A DNA stretch of 17,296 nt, from assembly GCA_965233585.1 (NCBI GenBank), contig CBDDTI010000011.1, positions 1-17,296 on the forward strand, written 5' to 3'. Below the pieces are notes generated by a model that ran no database searches, was not told the DNA's origin, and was given only the letters and a program-made list of their open reading frames with translations. The translations under genes and the position numbers were made by a program. Shown here in pieces: positions 16,462 to 17,296 of the stretch (positions are counted from its first letter, which is position 1; every line of letters starts with the position of its first letter). The DNA is from a bacterium (GTDB lineage Bacteria > SAR324 > NAC60-12).

Positions 16462-16659
16462 AAATACATACAGGGGTTCGTCAAAAAATTTTTTTCGCCT
16501 CATACTCACTGTACTCTCCTAAAGTGATGAGAAAACCCATAAACAAAATAATAGATTAGACGGATATTGACGGCCCATTTGCCGTCAATGATGTGAGTGG
16601 CTAGAATCCAAAATTCTTACTAAAAATATATTGGACCTGAACATCTGTAGCCCAGATTT

Positions 16660-16754
16660 TCTCATCAGGTACAGAAAATCTCGTCAGGTACAGAAAATCT
16701 CATCAGGTACAGAAAATCTTGTCGGGTACAGAAATTATCACCAAGCTCAGAAAA
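16660..16754 (+). repeat. 19-bp minisatellite, 5 copies
   Basis: TCTCRTCAGGTACAGAAAA units at 16660, 16679, 16698, and more diverged at 16717 and 16736. Confidence 0.9.
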
Positions 16755-16987
16755 TTGATGGTGAAAAGTTTCGTGATTCTGCAATCAAAATTGAGCCGCA
16801 TAGACATAATAAATGAAAAATGAGTCCGACAAAAACAAAAAATGAAGATTTCCGCCACAAAACTGGAAGGTCCCTACGGTTCACTGTAGTACCGTTTTTA
16901 TAACAAAAAATGTCAACGTAGTATATACTACTCTTTATGGTTGATTATCCCTTAATACCTACAATACAAGTGGCATAAATAATATAT

Positions 16988-17239
16988 AGGTTCCCGCATC
17001 CTCCAAAATAATCTACCGTCGTACATTCGAAATTCGGACTGAAATGTGGCTTCTATCAACGGGTAAACGACCATGCAAATAAACAGGTCGGGGACCCCTT
17101 CAGAGCACTTTGGTAATTTACCCATTTTTTAAAGCAAAAAAGAACGACGACAGCTTCAAATTTTTTCAGGTTGATCTTCCATAAAAATCTCTGGCCGTAA
17201 ATTCGAAATTCAAACAGAAACGTGGGCTAATATCAACGG
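16988..17239 (+). repeat. Diverged ~72-bp direct repeat with ~176-bp spacing
   Basis: 16988-17062 resembles 17168-17239 (shared ATTCGAAATTC..GAAA.GTG..TATCAACGG). Confidence 0.6.
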
Positions 17240-17296
17240 TGTTGATAGTAATAAAGGCTAATTGATTGATTGATTTAATCTTCAAAAGAACCGCCC

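Noticed and set aside
16461..16462. CA at 16461-16462 as the true LTR terminus (546-bp TG..CA LTR)
   Set aside because: The other LTR has T at the equivalent position and continues to a better terminus (TGAA, mirroring TTCA) next to the G-run, so the A is probably flanking DNA.
16660..16754. 19-bp repeats as a CRISPR array
   Set aside because: Head-to-tail units without spacers, eukaryotic context, no cas genes.

Overview
The window is AT-rich, repeat-laden eukaryotic (probably invertebrate) DNA carrying one complete, very young LTR retroelement on the minus strand (about 3501-16461, 13 kb). Its two LTRs differ at only 2 of 544 shared positions. It has a tRNA-Leu-type primer-binding site and three intact ORFs. 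The first is an unusually long Gag (1160 aa) with a large unexplained C-terminal extension. The second is a Ty3/Gypsy-type Pol (PR-RT-RNaseH-IN) ending in an AT-hook and three C-x2-C-x5-C-x2-H motifs. The third is an envelope protein whose motif pattern I recognise as the chuvirus-glycoprotein / herpes gB-like (class III fusogen) type rather than the baculovirus F-type env of classical insect errantiviruses. The element is therefore a candidate enveloped, retrovirus-like Metaviridae element. Other oddities: a perfect 13-nt complementarity between the gag start codon region and the 3' UTR, placed symmetrically inside the two LTRs; a pol ORF that cannot be reached by simple frameshift or readthrough; trimmed outer LTR ends with no target-site duplication; and a long G-U-containing LTR hairpin. 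The flanks contain several MITE/foldback elements and short tandem repeats, and no convincing host gene. All homology calls come from motif recognition by eye, not from database searches.
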